A DNA stretch of 64,000 nt, from NCBI GenBank assembly GCA_963825135.1, contig CAWGRW010000010.1, positions 96,001 through 160,000 on the forward strand, in the 5' to 3' direction. The position numbers and the translations under genes are program-made. The notes below the pieces were generated by a model that saw nothing but the letters and a program-made list of their open reading frames with translations, was not told the origin of the DNA and made no database searches. The stretch comes from an uncultured bacterium (GTDB lineage: Bacteria; Desulfobacterota_D; UBA1144; Nemesobacterales; UBA2774). This document shows, piece after piece, positions 10,548-20,856 of this stretch (position 1 is its first letter; every line of letters starts with the position of its first letter).

Positions 10548-11612
10548 TCATATCCACTTCTTCCTCCTGAAATAATAGACCATCCCGAGCGCGATAATCA
10601 GCATCAGAGCAATCACCCCCGGGTATGCCAGGTGGTGGTGGAGCTCGGGCATGTTCTCGAAGTTCATCCCGTAAACTCCCGCTACGAACGTGATCGGAAT
10701 AAATATCGAAGCCATCACGGTGAGCACCTTCATCACCTCGTTCATCCGGTTGCTCGAGAGCGACAGATACGTCTCCAGCATCCCCGTTATCATCTCCCTG
10801 TACGAATCGGTAGTGTCCATTATCTGCATCGCGTGGTCGTAGAGGTCGCGTATGTATAGCTTCGTGTTGCGGTCGATCAGCGGCGACTCCGAGATCTGGA
10901 ATTTATGGACTAGCTCCCGGAGCGGGAACGTATATTTCCTCAGAAGCACGAGCTCCCTCTTGAGTCCGTAAATGTCCCGGAGCGTCTCCGCGCTCGGGTC
11001 TTCGAGCAGCTCGTCTTCTATCTGCTCTATAAGCTCGCCTATTTCCTCGAGCGCGATGAAATAATTATCGACGACGGCGTCCGTAAGCGTATATGCGAGA
11101 TAATCGGCTCCGGCTTTTCGTATCCGCCCCTTCCCCGACCTTATCCTCTCGCGGATCGTCTCGAACACGTCCCCGTCCCCTTCCTGGAAGGATATGACGG
11201 TATTTTTACACAGGAGCATGCTCACCTGCTCGGCGTCTATCCTGCCCGTCTCCTTATCCACGAGGATCATCTTGAGGATGATAAAGATATAGTCCACGTA
11301 ATCGTCGAGCTCGGGGCGCTTATCCGTGTCGAGTATGTCTTCGAGCACCAGCGAATGTATGCCGAAGTGCTCCCCTATCCTGCCGATTATCGCCGTATCG
11401 TGGATTCCGTTCACGTTGATCCAGGTGACGGTCTGCCTGTCGGCGTATTCGAGGCACTCGTCCACGCTCCCGTATTCCCTCTCGAGGAACATCTCCTGGT
11501 CGTAGTCCATGACCGTAAGCCTGACCCTATCGACCTTCCTCTCGCCGACGTGTATGAGGGTGCCCGGATGGAGGCCCTGTTTCATCGCCGCTTTTTTCTT
11601 TGGTTCCGACAT
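10548..11612 (-). CDS. corA: Magnesium/cobalt transporter CorA
   Basis: YGMNF signature, MPEL loop, two C-terminal TM helices. Confidence 0.96.
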   Translation of the reverse strand: MSEPKKKAAMKQGLHPGTLIHVGERKVDRVRLTVMDYDQEMFLEREYGSVDECLEYADRQTVTWINVNGIHDTAIIGRIGEHFGIHSLVLEDILDTDKRPELDDYVDYIFIILKMILVDKETGRIDAEQVSMLLCKNTVISFQEGDGDVFETIRERIRSGKGRIRKAGADYLAYTLTDAVVDNYFIALEEIGELIEQIEDELLEDPSAETLRDIYGLKRELVLLRKYTFPLRELVHKFQISESPLIDRNTKLYIRDLYDHAMQIMDTTDSYREMITGMLETYLSLSSNRMNEVMKVLTVMASIFIPITFVAGVYGMNFENMPELHHHLAYPGVIALMLIIALGMVYYFRRKKWI

Positions 11613-11783
11613 ATAGTTTCCGGCCCCGCCTGTGTCGAGCGCAGGGGCCGCTCCACGGGGATTAGTTTATTCGCAACCGCGTCCCCGGACAAGTCCCAGA
11701 TACGGCCTTCACGTTCTCATGTCTGATACGCTCTTTCCGGCGTTATGGATACAATGCCGGAAACCGCTCCCGCTATCACGAGC

Positions 11784-13005
11784 GTCGTTGCGAGGTCCCT
11801 GCGGAACCGCGCCAATCTCGTCTTTCCTTCCCGACATTACAGAATTTGCGGCGGGTGAGCACCCGCGGGCATACGATCTCTAGCATCTCCAATCCTGTCA
11901 TTTCGAGCAGCGCGAGAAATCTATCTTTCCCTTTTAATTTCCCCCTTAGAAAAAGGGGGACTAAGGGGGATTTAGTCGTTAAACCGTTCACCCTGGGCGC
12001 ACACGAAGTGTGCTGTCGAAGGGTGCTTCCTTTAATTCCCTCCCCCTCAATAGGAGGGGGAACAGTTGCAAGCAAGCGCGCAACTGGTCACTCTCTCAGC
12101 GAAGTCACCGAAGTACATTAACTTCCGGCTTTACGCTGCCTAAACCAAAACAGCACGGGTGGGGGTGTACATCAATCTTTTTGTCATTGTGAGCGTAACG
12201 AACGAATGCGAGAGAAGCGAGGCAATCTCGTCTTTTCCTTCCCGACATTACAGAATTTGCGTTAAGAAAATCGATTGTACGAGCGTTAAGAATCTTTGGG
12301 CAGTCGAATCGGAAGATTTAGCGAGTACATGAGATTTTTAGCACAATTCTGTAGTCGGATGATTTTTGCTTCTTTTCATCAAGGAAAAGAAGAATAAGAA
12401 GAACCGTCCTCTGGCAGATTGCATTCAAGCTGCTGTGCATGGGACGAACCTCCAAATAAAATCCGCAAAGAAGCGAAGCAATCTCGCCTTTCCTTCCCGA
12501 CATTACAGAATTTGCGGCGGTCACCACAACGCGGGCATATCATCTGCGAGACTTCGCGCAACCAGCGCGGCCCAACCCGTCCGTCTGAGCTGTCGATGCT
12601 CATTCCCGACATTACAGAATTTGCGTATAGAAAATCGATTGTACGAGCGTTAAAAATCTTACGCGGAACGAATGCAAGCGAGCGCGCATTCGGACGCCCT
12701 CTCCTATCCGCACGACGTTAGTTAGCCACGGACATCACTAAACCATTGCTCCGATGGGGTGGAATCGGAAGATTTAGCGAGTACATGAGATTTTTAGCAC
12801 AATTATGTAGTCGGATGATTTTTGCTTCTTTTCATCAAGGAAAAGAAGGATAAAAAAAATATCCTTTCACCTTTCTAGTCTTTTCATTATCTTTTCATAG
12901 ACCACTTTAGGTGTACGGTGTTTTCACAAACCACACTACGTGTGTTCACCAAGGAAAAGAAGAAGATATATCATGCCTGTCCTTTGCCTTTGTCTTGTCC
13001 TTCCG
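11784..13005 (+). repeat. Composite intergenic repeat block
   Basis: Two cores, three inserts (one partial). Confidence 0.9.
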
Positions 13006-13039
13006 AAGGAGCCGGCTCCGGCGATCGGGACCCCCCTCC

Positions 13040-14134
13040 TCACGTGTGCAAAAGCCCCAGTATCCCCGCCCCCAGCACAGGGGAGCAGGACGCGTGCTTC
13101 ATTACCATGTGACAGAGGCGCGGGCGGAAAAGCACCTTCCTCAGCATCTCCGCCGTCAGGAGCCGCGTCCTGTTGAGGCTCCTCTTGAGGTCGTAAGTCC
13201 GTCGCTCCCTCCCGAGCTCCAGGTTCTCTCCGATATACCTCCCGCCTTGTAGCGCGAGGCTGATGCCCAGGCCCGTGAACGGGTCTACAATCCCCGACGC
13301 GTCCCCGATGTTCCACACCCCGGGGAACGACCCCCTCCGCCTCGCGAAAATGCCCCCCATCGCCTCCCACTTGCCTACGGGCGCGGCCGACGACAATTTC
13401 TCGCGCACCGGATGGGAGACGGGCAATACGCCCTTCAGTATATCGAGCGGGTGTCCGTCCATTAGCGACGCCTGGTCCTTCCGTATCTGAAACGCCAGAT
13501 TGACGACGCCGTCCTCGATATCGACGAGCCCGCCGTATCCGCCGTCGTAAAAAAAGATCTCGGCGGCGTCACCGCAGGAGATACCCCTCAGGTGTATCTT
13601 GAACGCGTAGATGAACTCCCTGCACTTTTTATCCTTGTATCCGATCCCCTTCAGTCCGGACGCGTTTATCACCGCCTTTGACCGGAACGTCTCCCTCTTC
13701 TCCGATTCGTTGTACGCTCCTTCGACGCGGAATAGTCCCGTTTTCGGCTCTCTCTCGATATTATCGACTCTAAACCCCTCCACCCCGAGAGCCCCCTCGC
13801 CCCGCGCCTCCCCGAAGAGCGCCGTGTCGAGCACCTCCCTGCTCATGGCGACCCCGTATTCCTCACCGGGGAATCCGAGTTCCATATGCGCCCCGCCGGG
13901 CGAGTAGAAGATTATCCTCCTCACCCTGTTCGCTCCGGCGGCCTCTATCTTCTCGAGCACGCCCAGCCGCCCGAGCTCCTTCACGCCGAGAGGGGCCACC
14001 ATCTCCCCGCATACCTTGCTCCTGGGCATGAACCTCTTCTCGAGCACGGTCACGCCGAACCCGCGCCTCCTGAATGAAATCGCGCTTGCCGAGCCGCCCG
14101 GCCCGGCCCCTATAACGATTACATCGGTTTTCAT
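13040..14134 (-). CDS. NAD(P)/FAD-dependent oxidoreductase (geranylgeranyl reductase-like)
   Basis: VIGAGPGG, KVCGE, IGDASGIVDPFTGLG motifs. Confidence 0.88.
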   Translation of the reverse strand: MKTDVIVIGAGPGGSASAISFRRRGFGVTVLEKRFMPRSKVCGEMVAPLGVKELGRLGVLEKIEAAGANRVRRIIFYSPGGAHMELGFPGEEYGVAMSREVLDTALFGEARGEGALGVEGFRVDNIEREPKTGLFRVEGAYNESEKRETFRSKAVINASGLKGIGYKDKKCREFIYAFKIHLRGISCGDAAEIFFYDGGYGGLVDIEDGVVNLAFQIRKDQASLMDGHPLDILKGVLPVSHPVREKLSSAAPVGKWEAMGGIFARRRGSFPGVWNIGDASGIVDPFTGLGISLALQGGRYIGENLELGRERRTYDLKRSLNRTRLLTAEMLRKVLFRPRLCHMVMKHASCSPVLGAGILGLLHT

Positions 14135-14193
14135 GTTTGACCTCGTCGGAGTTTGATTTTGTGGGTTGTATTGTTTCAGGGCTCCGGGACCGG

Positions 14194-14895
14194 CTACTGC
14201 ACGGGAGCGCCCTGCTTCAGGTCTTCGTACAGGTCGAATTTCACGTCGACTATATTATCGACCTTGATCATCGCCATGAGAGGCTCGGGCTTGACGCCGT
14301 ACTCGCTCATGTCGAGGTTGTCGTATTCCCCCGTGAGGTGCAGAAACCCGTCCTTTACGTCCGTATCGACTGTAACCACGACGGGCTTCGTAACGTTATG
14401 GATGGTGAGGTCCCCCTTGAGCAGATAGATTCGTTTCGAGGGTTGGGAGGGATCGGCCGTATCGGCTTCCTCAGGCAGTATCTGCGTCATCCTGAACGTA
14501 ATGTCCGGGTATTTGCCGGATTCGAGGTTCAGGTGGATGTTCTTCGACAGATCGCTCTTTTCCGAGCCGAGCGCGATGCCCTTGAGGGAATCCACGGGCA
14601 CGGTTATCTCCGCCCCGGCCGTCGTCCGGGGGTCTCCGAAGTTCACCCTCGTAAATCCCGAGGGCTCGTGAGACACGCCGTGGAAGTGGTGCATGAGCGA
14701 GGTCCCTATGAACTCCACCGTGCTCTTGCCCCCGACCACCTCGAATTCCATAACCGAGCCGCTACCGAATATATCGGGCGTGAGGCTGCCCTTCCGGGCG
14801 TCCGTCTCTTCGGGCGCGGGGACGGCGGCGCGCGGTATAAAAGCCACGAGCAATGCCGCCGACAAAATAACTGCTGCGTATGATTTTCTTCTCAT
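14194..14895 (-). CDS. YceI-family (polyisoprenoid-binding) protein
   Basis: Signal peptide; LESGKYPDITF...GDLTIHNVTKPV motif. Confidence 0.85.
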   Translation of the reverse strand: MRRKSYAAVILSAALLVAFIPRAAVPAPEETDARKGSLTPDIFGSGSVMEFEVVGGKSTVEFIGTSLMHHFHGVSHEPSGFTRVNFGDPRTTAGAEITVPVDSLKGIALGSEKSDLSKNIHLNLESGKYPDITFRMTQILPEEADTADPSQPSKRIYLLKGDLTIHNVTKPVVVTVDTDVKDGFLHLTGEYDNLDMSEYGVKPEPLMAMIKVDNIVDVKFDLYEDLKQGAPVQ

Positions 14896-14956
14896 GATAT
14901 CCTCTCTGTTCAGTATCTGTTTTCAGTAATCGTCGGCCGCGCCGGCGGCCCCCGGC

Positions 14957-16360
14957 TCACATGCTCATCGCGCGCCTTGCCATTAGGAGCGCTTCCGTCC
15001 AGAACGAAGCCTTCGTGTGGACGGTCTCGAGCACGTCCTTAACGCCCGCGACGAACTGCTCGATCTCCTGGTCGTTTACGACGAGCGGCGGGGCCACCTT
15101 CAGCACCATGTGGTTGTTGCCGCAGATCTGGGTAAGGATGTTCTTCTCCCTGAAGAGGCGCATTACGACGATCATGCCGAACATTCCCGGGTGTATCTTC
15201 CTGAACATCTCGTGCGGGATTTTGAGTCTCAGGCGCTTGGGCTCGGCGAACTCGATCCCGTTTAAGAGCCCGAGGCCGTTTATGCCGCGCACCATCTCGT
15301 AATCCCACGATACCTCTTCGAGCTTCTTCCTCAGGTACTCCCCGAGCACGAGCGCCCGCCCGCCGAGCCTCTCGTCCCTCATGACGTCGAGGGTCGCGAG
15401 CCCCGCCCGCATGGCGAGGTTGTTCTCCCCGAACGTCGAGGCGTGGACGAATGCGCGCGCGACCGAGCTGAAGACGGACCGGCTGATCTCGTCCGTCATC
15501 AGCACCGCGCCGCACGGGACGAACCCGCCGCTGAGCGCCTTGGCCAGCACGACCATGTCCGGGTCGAGCCCCCAGTGCTGGGCCGCGAGGAAAGGCCCTG
15601 TTCTGTAAATTCCAGTCTGCACCTCGTCGAGCACGAAGAGCGTCCCGTACTTCCGGCACAGGGTTTGGGCGTCCTTCAGATACCCGTCCGGGGGGACGCG
15701 GATGCCCGCCTCCGCCTGCACGGGCTCTACTATGAACGCAGCGAAACGTTTGCTCCTGAGCTTATCCTCGAGCGCTTCGAGGTCGAGGAACGGCACTCCC
15801 TCCGTATCCGGCAGGAGCGGCCCGAACCCTTTCGTCCAGTACTCGCCGTCCATGAGCGACAGAGCGCCGCAGGTAAGCCCGTGGAACGCCCCCTCGCAGT
15901 AGAGAATGCCCGGCCTGTTCGTATGGGCGCGGGAGAACTTTATGACCGTCTCCACTCCCTCGCTCCCCGAGCTCGTGAAGAACACCTTGTTGAGCCGCCC
16001 GCCCGCGAGCGCGCACAGGCGCGAGGCCAGCTCCGCGGCGAGGCCGGGCACGTGGCTCTGGAGCATGGTCGCTCCCCCCCGCGCGAGCTCGTCGGCCAGC
16101 GCCTCTATGATGCGGGGATGGTTGTGTCCCGCGTTATAGACGCAGTAGCCCGACAGGAAGTCGATTATCCTCCTGCCGTCCCTCGTCAGGAGCTCCGCCC
16201 CCCGGCAGGATTCGTAACTCACGTTCATACCGAGTGTGTTGTAGAGCTTCACCCACTGCGGGTTAACGTGTCTTGAATATAGTACGTCCGTGCTTTCTCC
16301 CGAGGGGGCGTCGTTATAGCCCTCCTCCGCTACCGTAAGGCCCGCGCTGTTGATGCTCAT
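14957..16360 (-). CDS. Class III PLP aminotransferase (HpnO/ornithine aminotransferase-like)
   Basis: DFLSGY, SGSEGVE, FHG, VEPVQAEAG, DEVQTG, LAKALSGG. Confidence 0.9.
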   Translation of the reverse strand: MSINSAGLTVAEEGYNDAPSGESTDVLYSRHVNPQWVKLYNTLGMNVSYESCRGAELLTRDGRRIIDFLSGYCVYNAGHNHPRIIEALADELARGGATMLQSHVPGLAAELASRLCALAGGRLNKVFFTSSGSEGVETVIKFSRAHTNRPGILYCEGAFHGLTCGALSLMDGEYWTKGFGPLLPDTEGVPFLDLEALEDKLRSKRFAAFIVEPVQAEAGIRVPPDGYLKDAQTLCRKYGTLFVLDEVQTGIYRTGPFLAAQHWGLDPDMVVLAKALSGGFVPCGAVLMTDEISRSVFSSVARAFVHASTFGENNLAMRAGLATLDVMRDERLGGRALVLGEYLRKKLEEVSWDYEMVRGINGLGLLNGIEFAEPKRLRLKIPHEMFRKIHPGMFGMIVVMRLFREKNILTQICGNNHMVLKVAPPLVVNDQEIEQFVAGVKDVLETVHTKASFWTEALLMARRAMSM

Positions 16361-16378
16361 GATCCGTCTCCTTGTCGA

Positions 16379-17458
16379 TTATTTCCATTTTGTGATTACA
16401 GTATCGAGCCCGAACCCCGGTCCCACGGCCCCCACCAGCTGATACGAGCCGCTCTTCTTCGCTTCACCGCGCATATACGAGTCGATGATAAAATATATCG
16501 TCGCCGACGAGAGGTTCCCGTAGTCCCTCAGGACGGAGGCGCTGTCCGCGAGTTTCCCCGCGTCTATACCGCACCCCTTTTCTATGGACTTCAGAATGCG
16601 CGCCCCGCCCGGGTGGAACAGCCACGCGTCTATGTCGCCCGTCTCCAGGCCGGCAGCCGCCAGCACCGACTCCGCCTGCGGGCCTATGTTGTTCTCGATG
16701 AACTTCGAGATCCGCGGGGACAGGAATATGTGGAACCCGGTCTTCTCGACGTCGTATCCCATGAATTCGATAGTCCCCGGAAAGAACCTGCTCTCCGTCC
16801 TTACGATGTGAAGCCCTCCCTCGTCCCGGCTCCCCTCGACTATCGCCGCCGCGGCCCCGTCTCCGAATATCGCGGTCGAAATTATGTGGTCCGTGCTCTT
16901 GTCGGTGGGCTGCATGTTGAGCGTGCACAGCTCGACCGTGAGGATGAGCACCTTCGCCTCCGGATACGCGCGGATGTAATCGCCCGCCATTATCAGCGCG
17001 CTCACTCCGGCCGCGCACCCGAGCTCCGTCACAGGGAGCCTCCTGACGTTGTTCTTGAAAGGGAAGCGGTTCATGAGGTACGCGTCGAGCGCGGGTATCA
17101 TGAAGCCCGTGCACGAGACGGTGATGAACAGGTCTATTTCGTAGGACTTGATCCCGGTCTCCTCGAACACGCCCTTGAGCGCTTTTTCCCCGAGGACCCT
17201 GGCGTGCTTGCTGTAGAGGGCGTTTCGCTCCGGGAAGTCCTTCTCCCTGAGCATCTCCTCGACGGGGATGACGCTGTACCGCTTGCTTACGCCCGCGTTC
17301 TGAAAAACCTGGACCGTCCTCGCGACCGAAAGCTCCGGAGCGCCGCCCGAGGACAGCCATGTCTTGGCCGCCTCTATAGCGAAGTCCTGCCCGAAGCCGT
17401 AAGACGGCACTACTGTGGATATGCCCGCGATCCTCGGCTGTGTAGTCGAATCGTTCAT
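16379..17458 (-). CDS. Type III polyketide synthase
   Basis: Cys-His-Asn triad motifs LGCAAG, FHPGG, YGNLSS, plus FGDGAAA and GPGF. ATG 17458 with GAGGG RBS preferred over the longer ORF. Confidence 0.94.
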   Translation of the reverse strand: MNDSTTQPRIAGISTVVPSYGFGQDFAIEAAKTWLSSGGAPELSVARTVQVFQNAGVSKRYSVIPVEEMLREKDFPERNALYSKHARVLGEKALKGVFEETGIKSYEIDLFITVSCTGFMIPALDAYLMNRFPFKNNVRRLPVTELGCAAGVSALIMAGDYIRAYPEAKVLILTVELCTLNMQPTDKSTDHIISTAIFGDGAAAAIVEGSRDEGGLHIVRTESRFFPGTIEFMGYDVEKTGFHIFLSPRISKFIENNIGPQAESVLAAAGLETGDIDAWLFHPGGARILKSIEKGCGIDAGKLADSASVLRDYGNLSSATIYFIIDSYMRGEAKKSGSYQLVGAVGPGFGLDTVITKWK

Positions 17459-17803
17459 GTATGTGTCCCTCGGTTGATTGATTGTGATCGGATGGCCGGC
17501 GTGCGGTATTTCGTTGCCGAAGACTGATGAGGTTGTATTATCTGCCTGTCTCAAGTTAAGCCCGCTACTTAATTATGCCTAACAATATAAAGTAAACAGC
17601 TTAATTTGTCGAGGGTTAATTTTTAGGATCGGATTATCCGCAAATCAGGATAGCGCAGAAGCCGCTGAATTCTGTAACGCAGCGCGTCATGCGTGCCGGT
17701 GAACTGCCTGTGGTCATTGAGGAATTATTATGCGGGAAAAGGTCCCCGGCCGGGAACGGTCTTGCGGGCAAAACGGAACATACATATGTGTAATTTCCGA
17801 TCA

Positions 17804-17821
17804 TAAGTAAGTGCTTACTTA
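17804..17821. promoter_or_regulatory. Palindromic operator (TetR-type appearance) upstream of PKS operon
   Basis: TAAGTAAG-TG-CTTACTTA perfect 8-bp arms, immediately downstream of a minus-strand TTGTAA-16bp-TAGAGT promoter-like element. Confidence 0.5.
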
Positions 17822-17932
17822 CTCTAGCATATAAAATTCGACTTACAACAATTATTTTCAGCTGACAATATTTTCCATTTATTTAAGTGAAACTATGTAT
17901 GTGAACATATATATATAGTGCTGCACCGAATC

Positions 17933-18812
17933 CGCGGCACACACACGCACGTAGTGCGTTTCTACGATTCCATCAGACTTCCTTAGCTCAACCCGGCAAT
18001 CATAGCGTTTTCGTACTTCAGCGGCGACACGCCGCCCCCTTCACCCTGAGCGCACACGAAGTGTGCTGTCGAAGGGCGCATTATCCGTCATTTCGAGCTG
18101 AAGGCGAGAAATCTATCTTTTACCTTTGCTTTTGTTTTTCCCCGACATTACAGAATTTGCGTCAAGAAAATCGATTGTACGAGCGTTAAGAATCTTACGT
18201 GGGATGGGGTGGGATCGGAAGATTTAGCGAGTACATGAGATTTTTAGCAAATTATGTAGTCGGATGATTTTTGCTTCTTTTCATCAAGGAAAAGAAGATA
18301 ATAAAACAACCTTTACCGTCTTTGCTTTTTCTGTGTCTTTTCGAAAGTTCACAGCAGAACCGTGTGTCTCTACCGATTCTTCCGTGACTCCTCAGCTCAA
18401 CCAACAAGCGAAGCCAAACCCGTTCGTGCTGAGCTAGTCGAAGCACGTTACCGACATTACAGAATTTGCGTATAGAAAATCGATTGTACGAGCGTTAAGA
18501 ATCTTACGTGGGCTGGGGTGGAATCGGAAGATTTAGCGAGTACATGAGATTTTTAGCAAATTATGTAGTCGGATGATTTTTGCTTCTTTTCATCAAGGAA
18601 AAGAAGGATAAATAAAACAGCCTATCACCTTTCTTTGTCTTTTCAGTGTCTTTTCGAGAACCACACTACGTGTGTTCATCAAGGAAAAGAAGGATAAAAA
18701 AATATCCTTTCACCTTTCTTTGTCATTTCGAAAAATCACATTACGTTTGTGTCGCGGCTGGAAGCCGCTCCTACAGGGTTTGTCATCGCCAGCTGCATAG
18801 CAGTCCGGCAAT
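17933..18812 (+). repeat. Composite intergenic repeat block (divergent gene pair)
   Basis: Two cores; first ~135 bp nearly identical to 30310-30443. Confidence 0.9.
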
Positions 18813-19002
18813 TCCGCCATCTCCTCCCCCCCTCCCCTCCCCGCAAAATTCCCGCTTCCGCTTCCCCTTTTTTATGTCATACTATCTGCGAGAGAGAAGT
18901 TCCCGACAGGCAATCATCCGCAGATATCGTCAGGCGCTTCGCCTGACCGACCGGAATTCGAAATATCGTATAGTAATCGCGACACGCGCACAGGAGCGTT
19001 TT

Positions 19003-19911
19003 ATGAAAATAGTCGTACTATCGAGAAACCAGAAGCTATATTCCACGCGCCGTCTGGTCGAGGCCGCGGAGAAGTCGGGGCATGAGGTCGAAGTAATCGA
19101 CTTCCTTAAATGCTACATGGTCGTAAAGAGGGGTAACCCGGAGATCTACTACGACGGTAAGAAGCTCAAGAAAGTCGACGCCGTCATCCCGCGCGTGGGC
19201 GCGTCCCACACGTTTTACGGCACGGCTGTGGTGCGGCAGTTCGAGATGATGCACGTCTTCTCCGTAAACGAATCGCAGGCGATAGCGCGGTCCCGCGACA
19301 AGCTCCGGAGCATGCAGATACTCGCCCGCGCGGGTATAGGCATGCCCGTCACCGCGTTCGCCTCGGACCCCACGGACATCAACCACCTCATTGAGCTCGT
19401 CGGCGGCGCGCCCGTCGTCATAAAGCTCCTCCACGGCACGCAGGGCATCGGGGTCGTGCTCGCCGAGACGAAGAAGGCGGCGAAGTCGGTCATGGAGGCC
19501 TTCTACGGCGTCAAGGCGAACATGCTCATTCAGGAATTCATCAAGGAATCCAAGGGCTCGGACGTGAGGGCGTTCATCGTCGGCGGAGAGGTCATAGGCG
19601 CGATGAGGCGTCAGGGCCCCGAGGGCGAGTTCCGCTCGAACATACACAGGGGCGGGACGGCGAAGAATATCAAGCTCACCCGCCAGGAGCTGCGGACGGC
19701 GGTGAACGCGGCCAGGCTCCTCGGTCTCAACGTCGCGGGCGTGGACATGCTCCAGTCCTCGAAGGGCCCCATGGTGCTCGAGGTGAACTCCTCCCCGGGC
19801 CTCGAAGGCATCGAGGCCGCGACCGGCGTTGACGTGGCTACGAGGATCATTAAATTCATAGAAGAAAACGCGCACGACCGCAGCATGAGGCGGGACCGCA
19901 TAAAGGCGTAG
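19003..19911 (+). CDS. rimK: RimK-family ATP-grasp glutamate ligase
   Basis: [61 protein letters not shown] before ATG 19003. Confidence 0.95.
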   Translation: MKIVVLSRNQKLYSTRRLVEAAEKSGHEVEVIDFLKCYMVVKRGNPEIYYDGKKLKKVDAVIPRVGASHTFYGTAVVRQFEMMHVFSVNESQAIARSRDKLRSMQILARAGIGMPVTAFASDPTDINHLIELVGGAPVVIKLLHGTQGIGVVLAETKKAAKSVMEAFYGVKANMLIQEFIKESKGSDVRAFIVGGEVIGAMRRQGPEGEFRSNIHRGGTAKNIKLTRQELRTAVNAARLLGLNVAGVDMLQSSKGPMVLEVNSSPGLEGIEAATGVDVATRIIKFIEENAHDRSMRRDRIKA

Positions 19912-20856
19912 ATGAAAAAGGCGATAAGAATAAACGGCAGGGTGATCCCGAGGGGCGGCAGGGAGGTCTTCGGCATGGAGATAGAATCCGGCGCGAGAGC
20001 CGGAGCGCTCAGCCTGCCCGTATGCGTATTCCGGGGCGAGGAAGACGGCCCCGTGCTTCTCGTCACCGCCGGGCTCCACGGGGACGAGCTCAACGGTATA
20101 GAGGCGCTCAGGCGCATGATCTCGGACGGCTCGATCGAGCCCGACGCCGGCGCCGTAATCGCCCTGCCGATAGCAAACGTCTGGGGCTTTCTCAACTCCT
20201 CGCGCTTTCTCCCTGACGGCAAAGACCTCAACAGGGGCTTCCCCGGCTCGGTCCCGGGCTCGCTGTCGCAGAATATCGCGGGGGCGATAATGCGCCGCGT
20301 CCTCCCCCTGGCCGACTGCGGGCTAGACCTCCACTCGGGGGGCGAGAGCGAGAACTACCCGCACATACGGTGCGACACCTCCCACCCCGGCAACATGGAG
20401 CTCGCCCGCGCGTTCTCCCCTCCCTTCATTCTCAACTCTCCTCTCAGGGATGGCACTTTCAGGAAGGCCGCGTGGCAATCAGGCAAAAACGTGCTCGTCT
20501 ACGAGGGCGGAGAATCCCGGAGGCTCTCCGAGTTCGCCGTCTCCGAGTGCGTGAACGGCATACTCAGGATAATGGATCACCTCCGCATGACCGGCTCCGG
20601 CGCGCCCGAGAGGAACGAGACCAGAGTGATAGAGAAAAGCGCGTGGGTCAGGGCGAAACACAGGGGCGCATACTCCCCACGTCTTTCGTGCGGCGCGCGG
20701 GTAAGCAGGGGAGACATACTCGCCGACATAACCGGAGCGGACGGCGCGGGGCCTTCAGGCATAGCCGCGAAGGCAAGCGGATACGCCCTCTCGGTCAGGC
20801 CCGCGCAGGATATATGCAAAGACGATTTCCTCATCCACCTCGGCACACACGCATAG
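19912..20856 (+). CDS. Succinylglutamate desuccinylase/aspartoacylase family peptidase
   Basis: HGDELNG, DLNRGFPG, DLHSGG, YEGGE; abuts rimK, the usual gene pair. Confidence 0.9.
   Translation: MKKAIRINGRVIPRGGREVFGMEIESGARAGALSLPVCVFRGEEDGPVLLVTAGLHGDELNGIEALRRMISDGSIEPDAGAVIALPIANVWGFLNSSRFLPDGKDLNRGFPGSVPGSLSQNIAGAIMRRVLPLADCGLDLHSGGESENYPHIRCDTSHPGNMELARAFSPPFILNSPLRDGTFRKAAWQSGKNVLVYEGGESRRLSEFAVSECVNGILRIMDHLRMTGSGAPERNETRVIEKSAWVRAKHRGAYSPRLSCGARVSRGDILADITGADGAGPSGIAAKASGYALSVRPAQDICKDDFLIHLGTHA

Noticed and set aside
18646..19002. N-terminal extensions of rimK, the LLM oxidoreductase, the RelB-like gene and 55962-57155 in the ORF track
   Set aside because: They run through repeats or opposite-strand genes; better starts lie downstream.
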